A stretch of 64,000 bases of DNA. It comes from Candidatus Marinacidobacterales bacterium (GTDB lineage: Bacteria > Acidobacteriota > Vicinamibacteria > Marinacidobacterales > DATDRI01). The notes beneath the pieces were generated by a model that saw only the letters and a list, made by a program, of their open reading frames with translations, had not been told where the DNA came from and ran no database searches. Of this stretch, positions 49,562-58,952 are shown in pieces (the first letter of the stretch is position 1; each line of letters begins with the position of its first letter). The stretch lies in the NCBI GenBank assembly GCA_965226495.1, contig OZ245365.1, forward strand, positions 448,001-512,000, given 5' to 3'. A program made the translations under genes and the position numbers.

Positions 49562-52525
49562 CTATTGCAGGTAGGCTTGGGCTTCGGCGAGCTCAGGCAG
49601 TCCTGGGTCGGCGTTCTTCCATAACTCGAGGAATCGCTGGTACTCGGCTCGCGCTCCCGCTTTGTCGCCGGTCTCGTCCAGAAGCCGCGCCAACTCTAGG
49701 ACATAGCGCGGCTCCAGCATGGCGACCCACTTCGAGCTCATGTCGGCGGTGAGTAGCGCCCGATAGATTCTAATGGCGCCGGCTAAATCTCCCTGCGCTT
49801 TCTTCACTCTGGCTAGTCCATCCCGCGACGGGGTGTGATTGGAAAAAAGGCTCACCATCGGGAAACCGTTGCTGAACACCATCTTGAACTCGGGTTCACC
49901 CTCTGAAAACGCCGTTTCGGCGACCTCGAGCTCGCCCGAGGCAAGTGCGATCTCCCCCCGCAACGCCTGGTAGAACCAGCTTTCGAATTCGACTTGCGCG
50001 TCGTGGACTTCCCGTAGGGTGTCTAGAATCTTGCGGGCCGCGTCCAAGTCGCCCCTTCGAGTTTCCGCTACCCCTTCCCATAACTCGACGGCGACGCTCA
50101 GGGTGTCCTGATGTATCGCGGTGGCAACTTGTGGGATCAACTCGCGGGCTCGCCTCGCGCTTTCGATGCACTCAGAATATTCCCCGAGCTCCAGCGACAG
50201 CGCAGCTGACAGCAGATGGAGGTAGGCTCGGGCGTTGGGGGCGGGGTTTTTCGCCAGAAGCTCGCGGCTTCGCGCTATCTTTGCCTTTGCATCGACGTAC
50301 CGACCCACTCGAGATAGGGAGAATGCCTCCAGGGACAGAATGCCGCTGGGGGCAAAAGGATTATCCTCCGCCTCAAGAACCTTGTTCCACTCATCGAGCG
50401 ACTCTTCGTACCGCCCCAAAATGGCGAAGGACCAAGCGCGCCCGGAATGAGAGGGGCCAAAGTCGGGTTCGAGCTCGAGGACGGCCGCGTATTTCTCCAA
50501 GGCTTTTTCCGCTTGGCCGGTATAGAGGTAAGCCTCGGCCAAACTATCCCGTGGGTTGGGCTCCCCCGGAGTCAGCGCGGCATACTTTTCCATTTGACGC
50601 AATCCTTCCGCGTACCGGCCCTGATAGAGCAGGCTGTACCCATAGTCGTTGCGAAGATGCCCGACGTCGGGAGCGACCTCGATGGCTCGTTCCAATAGGG
50701 CGAGGTTCTTATCGAGGTTGGGTTCGATTCGGATGTGCTCCGAGTAAGCATCCGTCTCATCGGGATAACGTTCGATGAGTGTCTCGAGGAGTTCGAGCGC
50801 CTTCTCGGTGTCTCCCTCGAACCGATTCGCGTACTGGGCCTGGACTAACAGCTTCTGTCTCTCCGGCAAGCGATCGAGGTTCTCCAGCACTTTTTCTCGA
50901 TGTCCTTCGGCCAGCGTCGTTTCTCCCAGGCTCAGAGCCAGCGTCGAGAGTTCGTAATGGGCCATGGCGAACGACGGGTCGACTTTCACGGCTTGCTCGA
51001 AAAGCTTCTTCGCTCCGTCGTAATGGAAATTCCTGCGCTTGTCGACACCTTCGCTATAAAGCTGAAAAGCTTCCAGCGAAGGGGTGGTCACGTCGGCCAG
51101 TGGGCGATCAGCGGCGCTGTCTCCTATTTGGAGGCTGGCGCGGATCCGCGCGGTGAGCTCGTCAACGAGCGGGAAAACATCTTGGCCTTGCACGCGGTCC
51201 GCGGAAAGAATGCGGCCGGTGCTGACATCTTGCACTTGAACGTCGATGCGGACCTCGTCGCCGGACTTGAAAATGCTTCCCACGACCACGGCGCCCGCCC
51301 CAGCCTTGCGCGCGATCTCATCGACCAGGCCCTTGTCGATATTCTCAAGATCCTCTTGTCCGATCTGCTTGAGGATCTTCTGGATACGCTCGCTGCTCAC
51401 GACGTCAAGGCCTGGGGTCTGCGCGAGATCGGTGATCAACATGTTGGGCAGTCCTTTGGAGAGCCAACGGACTTCCTCGTCGCCGCTCATACTCTCGAAA
51501 TACAGGACCGCGACCGCCGGGCGACCCGAGGCGCCGATTCCGGTAGGTTCGGGATCGCCGCGGAAGATTGACCAGCCCACGACGACACCGAGTAACGCCA
51601 CCGCGGCGACCGCAACCCACTGCCACGGGAACCTGCCCGCGGCAGGAGCCGCGACGGCTTCCCGCGACGTGCTCAAGAGCTCTTCCCGAAGCTCCTTCAG
51701 ATCGATCGCTAGGTCCTTCATGCTCTGGTAGCGTTCATTGAGCTCCTTGGCCATGGCCTTTTTCAAGACCCGGCGGACATCGGGCTGGAGCTCGGCGGAA
51801 GACTTGAGGGCTGGCGGTGTTTCGTTCAGGACCGCACTCATGCTTTCGGCGAGGCTCTTCTTGCGAAAGGGGGAGTTGCCCGCGAGCATTTCGTAGAGCA
51901 CCACCCCGAAAGAAAAGATGTCGGTCCGGGCGTCGATGGCTTCGCCCCGTGCCTGCTCGGGCGACATGTAGGAGATGGTCCCCATGACCAAGCCCTCTTT
52001 CGTTTTGAGCTTGGTCTCGGAGTCCTCGGTGGCGTCGGCCCCCGGAACGAAGGGCTCGAGGAGTTTGGCCAGGCCGAAGTCGATAATTTTGGCGTATCCG
52101 TCTTCCGAGACGAGGAGGTTGTCTGGCTTGATGTCGCGGTGGACGACGCCCCGTTCGTGCGCCTTCGCCAGCCCGTCGGCGATCTGGAATCCGAGCTCGA
52201 GCGAACGACGGAGGTTGAGCTTGTCGGATTCGATGAGCTCCTTGAGACTTTGTCCCGGGATGTACTCCATGGCGATGAACGTACGCCCATCGGCTTCGTC
52301 GATGTCATAGACCGCGGCGATGTGAGGATGTTGGATGGCAGCAGCGGCGCGTGCTTCCTGGATGAAGCGCTGCTTCCGTTCATCGTCTCGGGTGAGTGCC
52401 TCGGATAGAAACTTGAGCGACACCTGGCGCTTCAGCTTGGTGTCCTCGGCGAGGTACACCGCGCCCATGCCCCCTTCCCCGATCTTCTCGAGGATTTTGT
52501 AATGCGAGACCGTAGTGCCTATCAT
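49562..52525 (-). CDS. Ser/Thr kinase-TM-TolB_N-like-TPR protein (array copy 3)
   Basis: Same architecture; HRDIKPDN, DFG, YMSPE. Confidence 0.9.
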   Translation of the reverse strand: MIGTTVSHYKILEKIGEGGMGAVYLAEDTKLKRQVSLKFLSEALTRDDERKQRFIQEARAAAAIQHPHIAAVYDIDEADGRTFIAMEYIPGQSLKELIESDKLNLRRSLELGFQIADGLAKAHERGVVHRDIKPDNLLVSEDGYAKIIDFGLAKLLEPFVPGADATEDSETKLKTKEGLVMGTISYMSPEQARGEAIDARTDIFSFGVVLYEMLAGNSPFRKKSLAESMSAVLNETPPALKSSAELQPDVRRVLKKAMAKELNERYQSMKDLAIDLKELREELLSTSREAVAAPAAGRFPWQWVAVAAVALLGVVVGWSIFRGDPEPTGIGASGRPAVAVLYFESMSGDEEVRWLSKGLPNMLITDLAQTPGLDVVSSERIQKILKQIGQEDLENIDKGLVDEIARKAGAGAVVVGSIFKSGDEVRIDVQVQDVSTGRILSADRVQGQDVFPLVDELTARIRASLQIGDSAADRPLADVTTPSLEAFQLYSEGVDKRRNFHYDGAKKLFEQAVKVDPSFAMAHYELSTLALSLGETTLAEGHREKVLENLDRLPERQKLLVQAQYANRFEGDTEKALELLETLIERYPDETDAYSEHIRIEPNLDKNLALLERAIEVAPDVGHLRNDYGYSLLYQGRYAEGLRQMEKYAALTPGEPNPRDSLAEAYLYTGQAEKALEKYAAVLELEPDFGPSHSGRAWSFAILGRYEESLDEWNKVLEAEDNPFAPSGILSLEAFSLSRVGRYVDAKAKIARSRELLAKNPAPNARAYLHLLSAALSLELGEYSECIESARRARELIPQVATAIHQDTLSVAVELWEGVAETRRGDLDAARKILDTLREVHDAQVEFESWFYQALRGEIALASGELEVAETAFSEGEPEFKMVFSNGFPMVSLFSNHTPSRDGLARVKKAQGDLAGAIRIYRALLTADMSSKWVAMLEPRYVLELARLLDETGDKAGARAEYQRFLELWKNADPGLPELAEAQAYLQ

Positions 52526-52534
52526 TTTCTTTCT

Positions 52535-52572
52535 CCCTCTCCCCTTTGGGGAGAGGGTTGGGGTGAGGGGGG
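52535..52572. repeat. REP-like element (CCCTCACCC family, reverse orientation)
   Basis: CCCTCTCCCCTTTGGGGAGAGGGTTGGGGTGAGGGG. Confidence 0.75.
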
Positions 52573-52573
52573 C

Positions 52574-55543
52574 CTATTTCGCCACATAGGCTCGCGCCTC
52601 TTTCAACTCTGGTAATCCCTCATCCGCGTCCTTCCAATATTCGAGAAACCGCTCGTACTCCGCCCGAGCGCCGTCTTTGTCGCCCGACGCATCGAGCAGC
52701 CGCGCCGTCTCGAGCACGAAAAGCGGCTCGAACATCGCGACCCACTTGTTGGCCACGTCGGGCTTGTTGAGCTTTCGGTAGATGGCAATCGCACCCGCCA
52801 GGTCGCCACGCGCCTTCCTGATTCGCGCCAGGCCGTCGCGGAACGGGAGATGGTTTCCGAACAGGCTGAACACCGGTCCGCCCGCGCTGAAGCCCATCTT
52901 GATCACCGGTTCCGCTTCGGTGAAGGCCGACTCGGCGGCATCGAGGTCGGATGCTGCAAGAGCGTTCTCACCGCGGAGTGATTCATAAACGAAGTTCTCC
53001 CATCGATCTCCGGGATCATAGAGCTCCGCCGCGGCTTCCTCATACCCCCTTGCTTTTTCCAGATTCCCGCGGCGTGCCTCTGACGCACCGCGGAACAGAT
53101 TGGATCCAAGCGAAACGTTACGACTGGGCGTCGGAAGTTGGGCGTTCAATCCCTCCGCGAGACCCGACTCTCTGAAGCTCCGGTCGAAATCTCCTCTTTC
53201 GAATGCCAGCCAACCGGACAACTGGCGCGCGCTGATTTGCGCCAACAAGTTGCCTTGCGCAACTCCGAGATCGAGCCCCTCTCGCAATTTCCCTTCCGCT
53301 TCCCGAAAGCGGCCCTGACGAGAGAGCGTATAGGCGTCCATGAAGAAATAGGTTGTCGCCGGAAAATAGGGATCCGCTGACTCGGCCCCCTTGGCCCGTT
53401 CGGCAAGGGCTTCATCGAACCGGCCCAGCATCGCAAAGGCCCAAGCCCGGTTGGCCCGCATCACTCCCAACGAATCATCTACCTCGAGCGCGCGGGCATA
53501 CTTTTCGAGCGCCTCTTCCGGCTGACCCATGATGAGGTAGGCCTCCGCGAGGCTGTCGTAAGGGTTGGCCACGTCCGGTTCGAGCTCGACATACATCTCG
53601 AACTGCCGGATCGCCTGAGGATAGCGGCCCCGTGCGAGCAGCACATAGGCGTAGTCGTTACGCAAAACTCCCGAGCGGGGCAACGCCTCGACACCTCGCT
53701 CTCGCGTTTCCAGAACCTTGTCGAACTGGTTGAGACGAAGGTAGAGCCTGGAAAGGATGATGTAGGCATCTTGCTCATCGGGATACTGAGAGACGAGGGT
53801 CTCCAAGAGCTCGACGGCCTTGTCCAAGTCGCCCTCGAGCGTCTGAGCGAACCGGGCTTGAACGAGAAGTTTCTGTCTTTCCGGTAGCCGATCCAGGTGC
53901 TCCGCTAGTTTTTTCCGGTACGGTTCACTGAGATGGACGTCTCCCCGTCGCCGCGCCTCATCCCAGAGCTCGTAGTGGGCCATGGCGAAGGACGAGTCGA
54001 TGGCAACGGCCTGTTCGAATAATTTTCTGGCATCCTCCCTGCGCATTTGCCTTCGTGCTTCCAAGCCCTCGCTGTAGAGCTGGAAGGCTTCGAGAGACGG
54101 CGTCGTAACGTCGGCGACCGGACGGACGTTGGGCTGATCGCCTAAATCGAGGCTGTCGCGGATCCGGCTGGTAAGCTGGTCGACGAGCGGAAAGACGTCC
54201 TGGCCCTGGACGCTTTCCGCAGAAAGTACGCGTCCCGTCCTGACGTCCTGCAATTGAACGTCGATGCGAATGTTGTCTCCGGACTTGAAGATGCTTCCGA
54301 CGACGACCGCCCCCGCCCCCGCTTTGCGCGCGACCTCATCGACCAGGCTCAGATCGATGCTGTCTAGGTCGTCTTGTCCAATGTCCTTCAGAATCTTTTG
54401 GATTCGCTGGCTGCTGACCACATCGAGTCCGGGCGTTTGCGCCAGGTTGGTGATCAGCATGTTGGGCAGTCCTTTGGAGAGCCAACGGACTTCCTCGTCG
54501 CCGCTCATACTCTCGAAATACAGGACCGCGACCGCCGGGCGACCCGAGGCGCCGATTCCGGTAGGTTCGGGATCTCCGCGGAAGATTGACCAGCCCACGA
54601 CGACACCGAGTAACGCCACCGCGGCGACCGCAACCCACTGCCACGGGAACCTGCCCGCGGCAGGAGCCGCGACGGCTTCCCGCGACGTGCTCAAGAGCTC
54701 TTCGCGAAGCTCTTTCAGATCGATCGCTAGGTCCTTCATGCTCTGGTAGCGTTCGTTGAGCTCCTTGGCCATGGCCTTTTTCAAGACGCGGCGGACGTCA
54801 GGCTGGAGCTCGGCGGAAGACTTGAGGGCTGGCGGTGTTTCGTTCAGGACCGCACTCATGCTTTCGGCGAGGCTCTTCTTGCGAAAGGGGGAGTTGCCCG
54901 CGAGCATTTCGTAGAGCACCACCCCGAAAGAAAAGATGTCGGTCCGGGCATCGATGGCCTCGCCCCGCGCCTGCTCGGGCGACATGTAGGAGATGGTTCC
55001 CATCACCGAGCCATCTTTCGTCTTGAGCTTGGTCTCGGCATCTTCCCGCGCTTCGGCGCCCGGGACGAATGGCTCGAGGAGCTTCGCCAGACCGAAGTCG
55101 ATAATCTTGGCGTAACCGTCTTCAGAGACCAAGATGTTATCGGGCTTGATATCGCGGTGCACGACACCTCGGTCGTGCGCCTTAGCCAACCCGTCGGCGA
55201 TTTGGTGTCCGAGCTCGAGCGAACGACGGAGGTTGAGCCTGTTGGATTCGATGAGCTCCTTGAGACTTTGTCCCGGGATGTACTCCATGGCGATGAACGT
55301 ACGCCCATCGGCTTCGTCGATGTCATAGACCGCGGCGATGTGAGGATGTTGGATGGCAGCAGCGGCCCGAGCTTCCTGAATGAAGCGCTGCTTTCGTTCG
55401 TCGTCGCGGGTGAGGTCTTCAGAGAGGAACTTGAGGGACACCTGACGCTTCAGCTTGGTGTCCTCGGCGAGGTACACCGCGCCCATACCACCTTCCCCGA
55501 TCTTCTCGAGGATCTTGTAGTGCGAAACGGTTGTGCCGATCAC
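52574..55543 (-). CDS. Ser/Thr kinase-TM-TolB_N-like-TPR protein (array copy 4)
   Basis: Same architecture; GTG 55543 aligns with the MIGTTVSHY start of the paralogues. Confidence 0.9.
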   Translation of the reverse strand: MIGTTVSHYKILEKIGEGGMGAVYLAEDTKLKRQVSLKFLSEDLTRDDERKQRFIQEARAAAAIQHPHIAAVYDIDEADGRTFIAMEYIPGQSLKELIESNRLNLRRSLELGHQIADGLAKAHDRGVVHRDIKPDNILVSEDGYAKIIDFGLAKLLEPFVPGAEAREDAETKLKTKDGSVMGTISYMSPEQARGEAIDARTDIFSFGVVLYEMLAGNSPFRKKSLAESMSAVLNETPPALKSSAELQPDVRRVLKKAMAKELNERYQSMKDLAIDLKELREELLSTSREAVAAPAAGRFPWQWVAVAAVALLGVVVGWSIFRGDPEPTGIGASGRPAVAVLYFESMSGDEEVRWLSKGLPNMLITNLAQTPGLDVVSSQRIQKILKDIGQDDLDSIDLSLVDEVARKAGAGAVVVGSIFKSGDNIRIDVQLQDVRTGRVLSAESVQGQDVFPLVDQLTSRIRDSLDLGDQPNVRPVADVTTPSLEAFQLYSEGLEARRQMRREDARKLFEQAVAIDSSFAMAHYELWDEARRRGDVHLSEPYRKKLAEHLDRLPERQKLLVQARFAQTLEGDLDKAVELLETLVSQYPDEQDAYIILSRLYLRLNQFDKVLETRERGVEALPRSGVLRNDYAYVLLARGRYPQAIRQFEMYVELEPDVANPYDSLAEAYLIMGQPEEALEKYARALEVDDSLGVMRANRAWAFAMLGRFDEALAERAKGAESADPYFPATTYFFMDAYTLSRQGRFREAEGKLREGLDLGVAQGNLLAQISARQLSGWLAFERGDFDRSFRESGLAEGLNAQLPTPSRNVSLGSNLFRGASEARRGNLEKARGYEEAAAELYDPGDRWENFVYESLRGENALAASDLDAAESAFTEAEPVIKMGFSAGGPVFSLFGNHLPFRDGLARIRKARGDLAGAIAIYRKLNKPDVANKWVAMFEPLFVLETARLLDASGDKDGARAEYERFLEYWKDADEGLPELKEARAYVAK

Positions 55544-55546
55544 GAG

Positions 55547-55637
55547 CCCCTCACCCCAACCCTCTCCCCAAAGGGGAGAGGGAGAATGCAATTCCCGAAT
55601 GTCGTCTTTCTCCCTCTCCCCCTCGGGGGTGAGGGGG
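55547..55637. repeat. REP-like doublet (CCCTCACCC family)
   Basis: CCCCTCACCCCAACCCTCTCCCCAAAGGGGAGAGGG at 55547-55582, plus a degenerate unit at about 55612-55637. Confidence 0.7.
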
Positions 55638-55641
55638 TCGC

Positions 55642-57369
55642 TTATTTAGCAACATACGCCCTCGCTTCTTTCAATTCCGGTAACCCCTCATCGGCATCCT
55701 TCCAGAGCGCCAGAAACCGCTCGTACTCGGTGCGCGCTCCGTCCTTGTCGTCCATCTCGTCGAGTAACCGCGCCATCTCCAGCACGTAGCGGGGCTCCAA
55801 CATGGAAGTCCACTTGGCGTCGAGTCCAGGCTTATTGAGCTTGGCGTAGAGCTGGACCGCGCCAGGCAGATCGCCCTGCGCTTTCTTCACGCGGGCTACA
55901 CCGTCGCGAAACGGGAGGTTGTTCCGAAATGCACTTCTGCGAACCTGACCCATACTGAACCACATTTTCCCCTCCGGCTCCCCGGCCAAAAACGCGATCT
56001 CAGCGGCCGCGAGGTCGCTCTCTCCGAGAGAGATCTCCCCCGCCAGCGAGTGGTGGAACCAGTTCTCCCAAACACTCTGATCGTTGTACAGGCTTTGCTG
56101 AGCCTCGAGACGGGTGCGAGCCGCATCGATATCACCGGATCGGGCTTCCGCCGTGCCTCTTAGCAGATAGGCGATCAACGTCAGATGGTGTCGCGTATCG
56201 CCGGTGAGCTCCGCAAGAACCCGCTCCGCCCGCTCGGCACTCGCGATCGCTTTGGCGTAGTCTTCTCTCTCCAGCAACAACGTGGAGTAAAGAAGCTCGA
56301 GCTGCGCCTGGATTTCGAAATCGTCACCACTCTTCGCGAGCTGGATACCCTGTTGCAGACCGGCCTCGGCCTCACGGTAGCGGCCGACCCGAGATTGAGC
56401 CAAGGCGTTCAGAAAAAGAATTTCCGTGGGCGGAAGGCCTTCCCTCATCTGCAAGTCGAGGACACTCCCCCATTCGTCGAGGGTCTCATCGAAAAGACCC
56501 AGCATTCCGAATGCCCAGCCACGACTCTGGTGGGAAAGGTAGAAAGATGGATCCAATTCCAGTGTCCTCGCGTACTCTTCGAGCGCCCTCTCCGGTTGAC
56601 CTGAGATGAGATACGCCTCGGCCAAGCTGTCGTGTGGATTCGCCTCGGTGGGACTGAGCTCAGCATACTTCTGAAACTCTCGTATCGCGTCCATGTAGCG
56701 ACCATGCCAGATCAGCTCGTAACCGTAGGCGTTGCGGAGGAATCCGGAATTCGGCAAAGCTTGCAGAGCTTGTTCCGCGGCAGCCAGCGATTCGTCGAAC
56801 CTGCCCGAGTCACGGTAGAAGTTCGCAAGCTGGTTGTGGGCCTCTTCCTCGTCCGGATAGAGGGAAACGAGATCCTCCAGCAATCGCACGGCCTCGTTGG
56901 CGTCACCAACGATCTCCCAGGCATGCACCGCTTGCACCAAGAGCACTTGGCGATCCGGTAGCCGGTCGATATGTTGAAGCGCTTTTTCCAGATAGCGGTT
57001 CGCATCACCCGACTGGCCGAGTCTGCGTGTGACGATCGACAGCTCGAGGTAGGCCAAGGCGAACCAGGGATCGATCTTCACCGCTTCCTCTAGAAGTCGG
57101 CGCGCATCGACCCAGCGCACGTTGGTACGTGCGGCTAGCCCCTCGGAGTAGAGTTTGAAGGCTTCCGGCGAATCCGTGGTCACATCGGCGATGGGGCGAT
57201 CGGCTGCTTGATCGGCAATGTCGAGGCTCGACCGAATGCGATCGGAGAGCTGGTCGACGAGTGGGAACACGTCCTTGCCACGCACGCTTTCTGCCGAAAG
57301 GACTCGCCCGCTATTGACATCCTCGATCTGGACGTCGATCCTTATTTCCTCGCCAAGCTTGAAGATACC
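55642..57369 (-). pseudogene. 5'-truncated fifth kinase-TPR paralogue (kinase, TM and half of the TolB_N-like domain missing)
   Basis: Begins at GIFKLGEEIRIDVQ, which matches the internal GSIFKSGDEVRIDVQ of the paralogues; TPR part is intact. Confidence 0.75.
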
Positions 57370-58863
57370 GTGCTCCATACGTGGCGGGCGCTCCTCAATC
57401 TTCTTCTCGGCTGGGGGCTCTACCGAGCGGTGCGCCGCACTTTTGTCGGCGAGTCACTGAATATCCTTGGCGCCGCCTTCGGCGTGGGCCTCGCCGTGGC
57501 GCTAGTTTTCGGCTTGGCCGAGCATGCGGGACTCGTCGACCTGGGCTCCTATCGGGCCATCGGAGGCCCGCTCTACGAGACGCGGCTACATTCCTTCTTT
57601 TTCCATTCCGGATGGTTCGCTGAATATGTTGTGGTGGCCTTGCCCTTCGCCGTCGCGTCCACGATGGTGGGAGGTGCTCGGAGAAGAAGACTCGGGTTGG
57701 CCCTCCTCGTCCTCGCTTTGGTGGCCCTGCCCTTCACCGAACAACGTGGCGCGTGGTTTGCGGCGCTTGCGCAACTGGCTGTGCTAGCGAGCTTCTCCGG
57801 CGCTCGGTTGCTTCGCGACCGCCGTGGGCTCTGGCCTATCGTCACGGTAGCGCTGGGTGTGGTCGCGGTCGGCTCGGTTCTGATGATCTCGCGGCCGGAG
57901 ACAGCCTCGCCCTTGCTCAATCGCCTGGGTGAGAGCACAGCGAATCTGTCGGGAAGGCCTCACCTGTGGTCGGTTTCCGCTCGGATGCTGGCGGAGCGTC
58001 CGTTGCTGGGATGGGGGCTCGGCGCTTTCGCGCCAGCCTACGATCTCGTTCATCCTCGAGGGTCGACCGAAGCTTGGCCTTACCGCGACACTTCTCACAG
58101 CTTGTATTTCCATGTCGGAGCGGAGCGGGGTTTACTCGGACTGCTGGCCCTGGGTGTACTTGTGTGCGCTCTGGTTATAGGTTTTCGTTACTGCGTCAAG
58201 AGCAACAGACATTCCGAGAGTGCCATTGCAGTGGGTTTGTTGATCAGTGCTGTTGGATTCGCGGTCAACGGACTGGTTCAATACATGTTCTATTTAAGGA
58301 ACATCGAGTGGCTCTTCTGGATTTTCCTCGGCGCGGCCTCACTGCTCTCCGGATCCCACCGGCCTCGTTGGTTGGACCGAATTGCTCAGATGCTGATCAT
58401 TGCGACCGTGATGCTTCTGCCGTGGCGAGCGTTCTGGCTGGAAGCAATCCCCGGCCCTGGAGACCGGAGCTTTGGTTTTCATGAGCTCGAGCCGAGCAAC
58501 GGTGGGAACGTGCAGTGGTCCAGCAGTCATGCGGCGAGATGGCTGCGCTGGGAGGATGAGATCCTGGTTGTGAAGCTCGCGAATGGGCATCCTCGGGCGA
58601 GCGAACACCCGGCCGAGGTGATCCTTCGAATCGACGGTCGCGAGCAGTTCAGAGAGACACTGCGAGGTGGCTGGCAGGAGCACCGGGTGGAGCTCGGACC
58701 TCCTCGGAGGGATGGCGTTGTCGTGGAATGGGAGGTCCAACCCACCTTTCGTCCTTTTGTTGAGTTCAGAAACTACCCTGACCTTACGCCTTCTATCGAC
58801 GTCCGCGCTCTTGGGATCGCGGTGGGTGAGATTCGATGGGAATCCGCGACGAGTCCTGATTAA
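57370..58863 (+). CDS. O-antigen ligase (Wzy_C) family membrane protein, apparently 5'-truncated
   Basis: Multiple TMs, TEQRGAW, GRPHLW, PLLGWGLGAF, HSLY..AERG motifs; the ORF N-terminus (57208-57369) is only the antisense of the kinase remnant. Confidence 0.7.
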   Translation: MLHTWRALLNLLLGWGLYRAVRRTFVGESLNILGAAFGVGLAVALVFGLAEHAGLVDLGSYRAIGGPLYETRLHSFFFHSGWFAEYVVVALPFAVASTMVGGARRRRLGLALLVLALVALPFTEQRGAWFAALAQLAVLASFSGARLLRDRRGLWPIVTVALGVVAVGSVLMISRPETASPLLNRLGESTANLSGRPHLWSVSARMLAERPLLGWGLGAFAPAYDLVHPRGSTEAWPYRDTSHSLYFHVGAERGLLGLLALGVLVCALVIGFRYCVKSNRHSESAIAVGLLISAVGFAVNGLVQYMFYLRNIEWLFWIFLGAASLLSGSHRPRWLDRIAQMLIIATVMLLPWRAFWLEAIPGPGDRSFGFHELEPSNGGNVQWSSSHAARWLRWEDEILVVKLANGHPRASEHPAEVILRIDGREQFRETLRGGWQEHRVELGPPRRDGVVVEWEVQPTFRPFVEFRNYPDLTPSIDVRALGIAVGEIRWESATSPD

Positions 58864-58884
58864 GGAAAACTCGAAGTGCTCTAG
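58787..58884 (+). repeat. direct repeat copy 1 (ligase 3' end plus degenerate E2 3' end)
   Basis: Near-identical to 60184-60279. Confidence 0.85.
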
Positions 58885-58952
58885 TGTGGTACCATGTCGC
58901 TCTATCCGGCTTCCATTCCAAGCCTATCACTTCCGAGAGAGAGATCCGCTCC

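Noticed and set aside
55544-55591. N-terminal extension MHSPSPLWGEGWGEG on kinase copy 4
   Set aside because: It is a translation of the REP-like element; paralogue alignment supports GTG 55543
57208-57369. N-terminus of the 551-aa ligase ORF
   Set aside because: It is the antisense of the kinase-TPR remnant and not ligase-like
43330-57369. Diversity-generating retroelement acting on the kinase array
   Set aside because: No reverse transcriptase in the window, and differences between repeats are not adenine-specific
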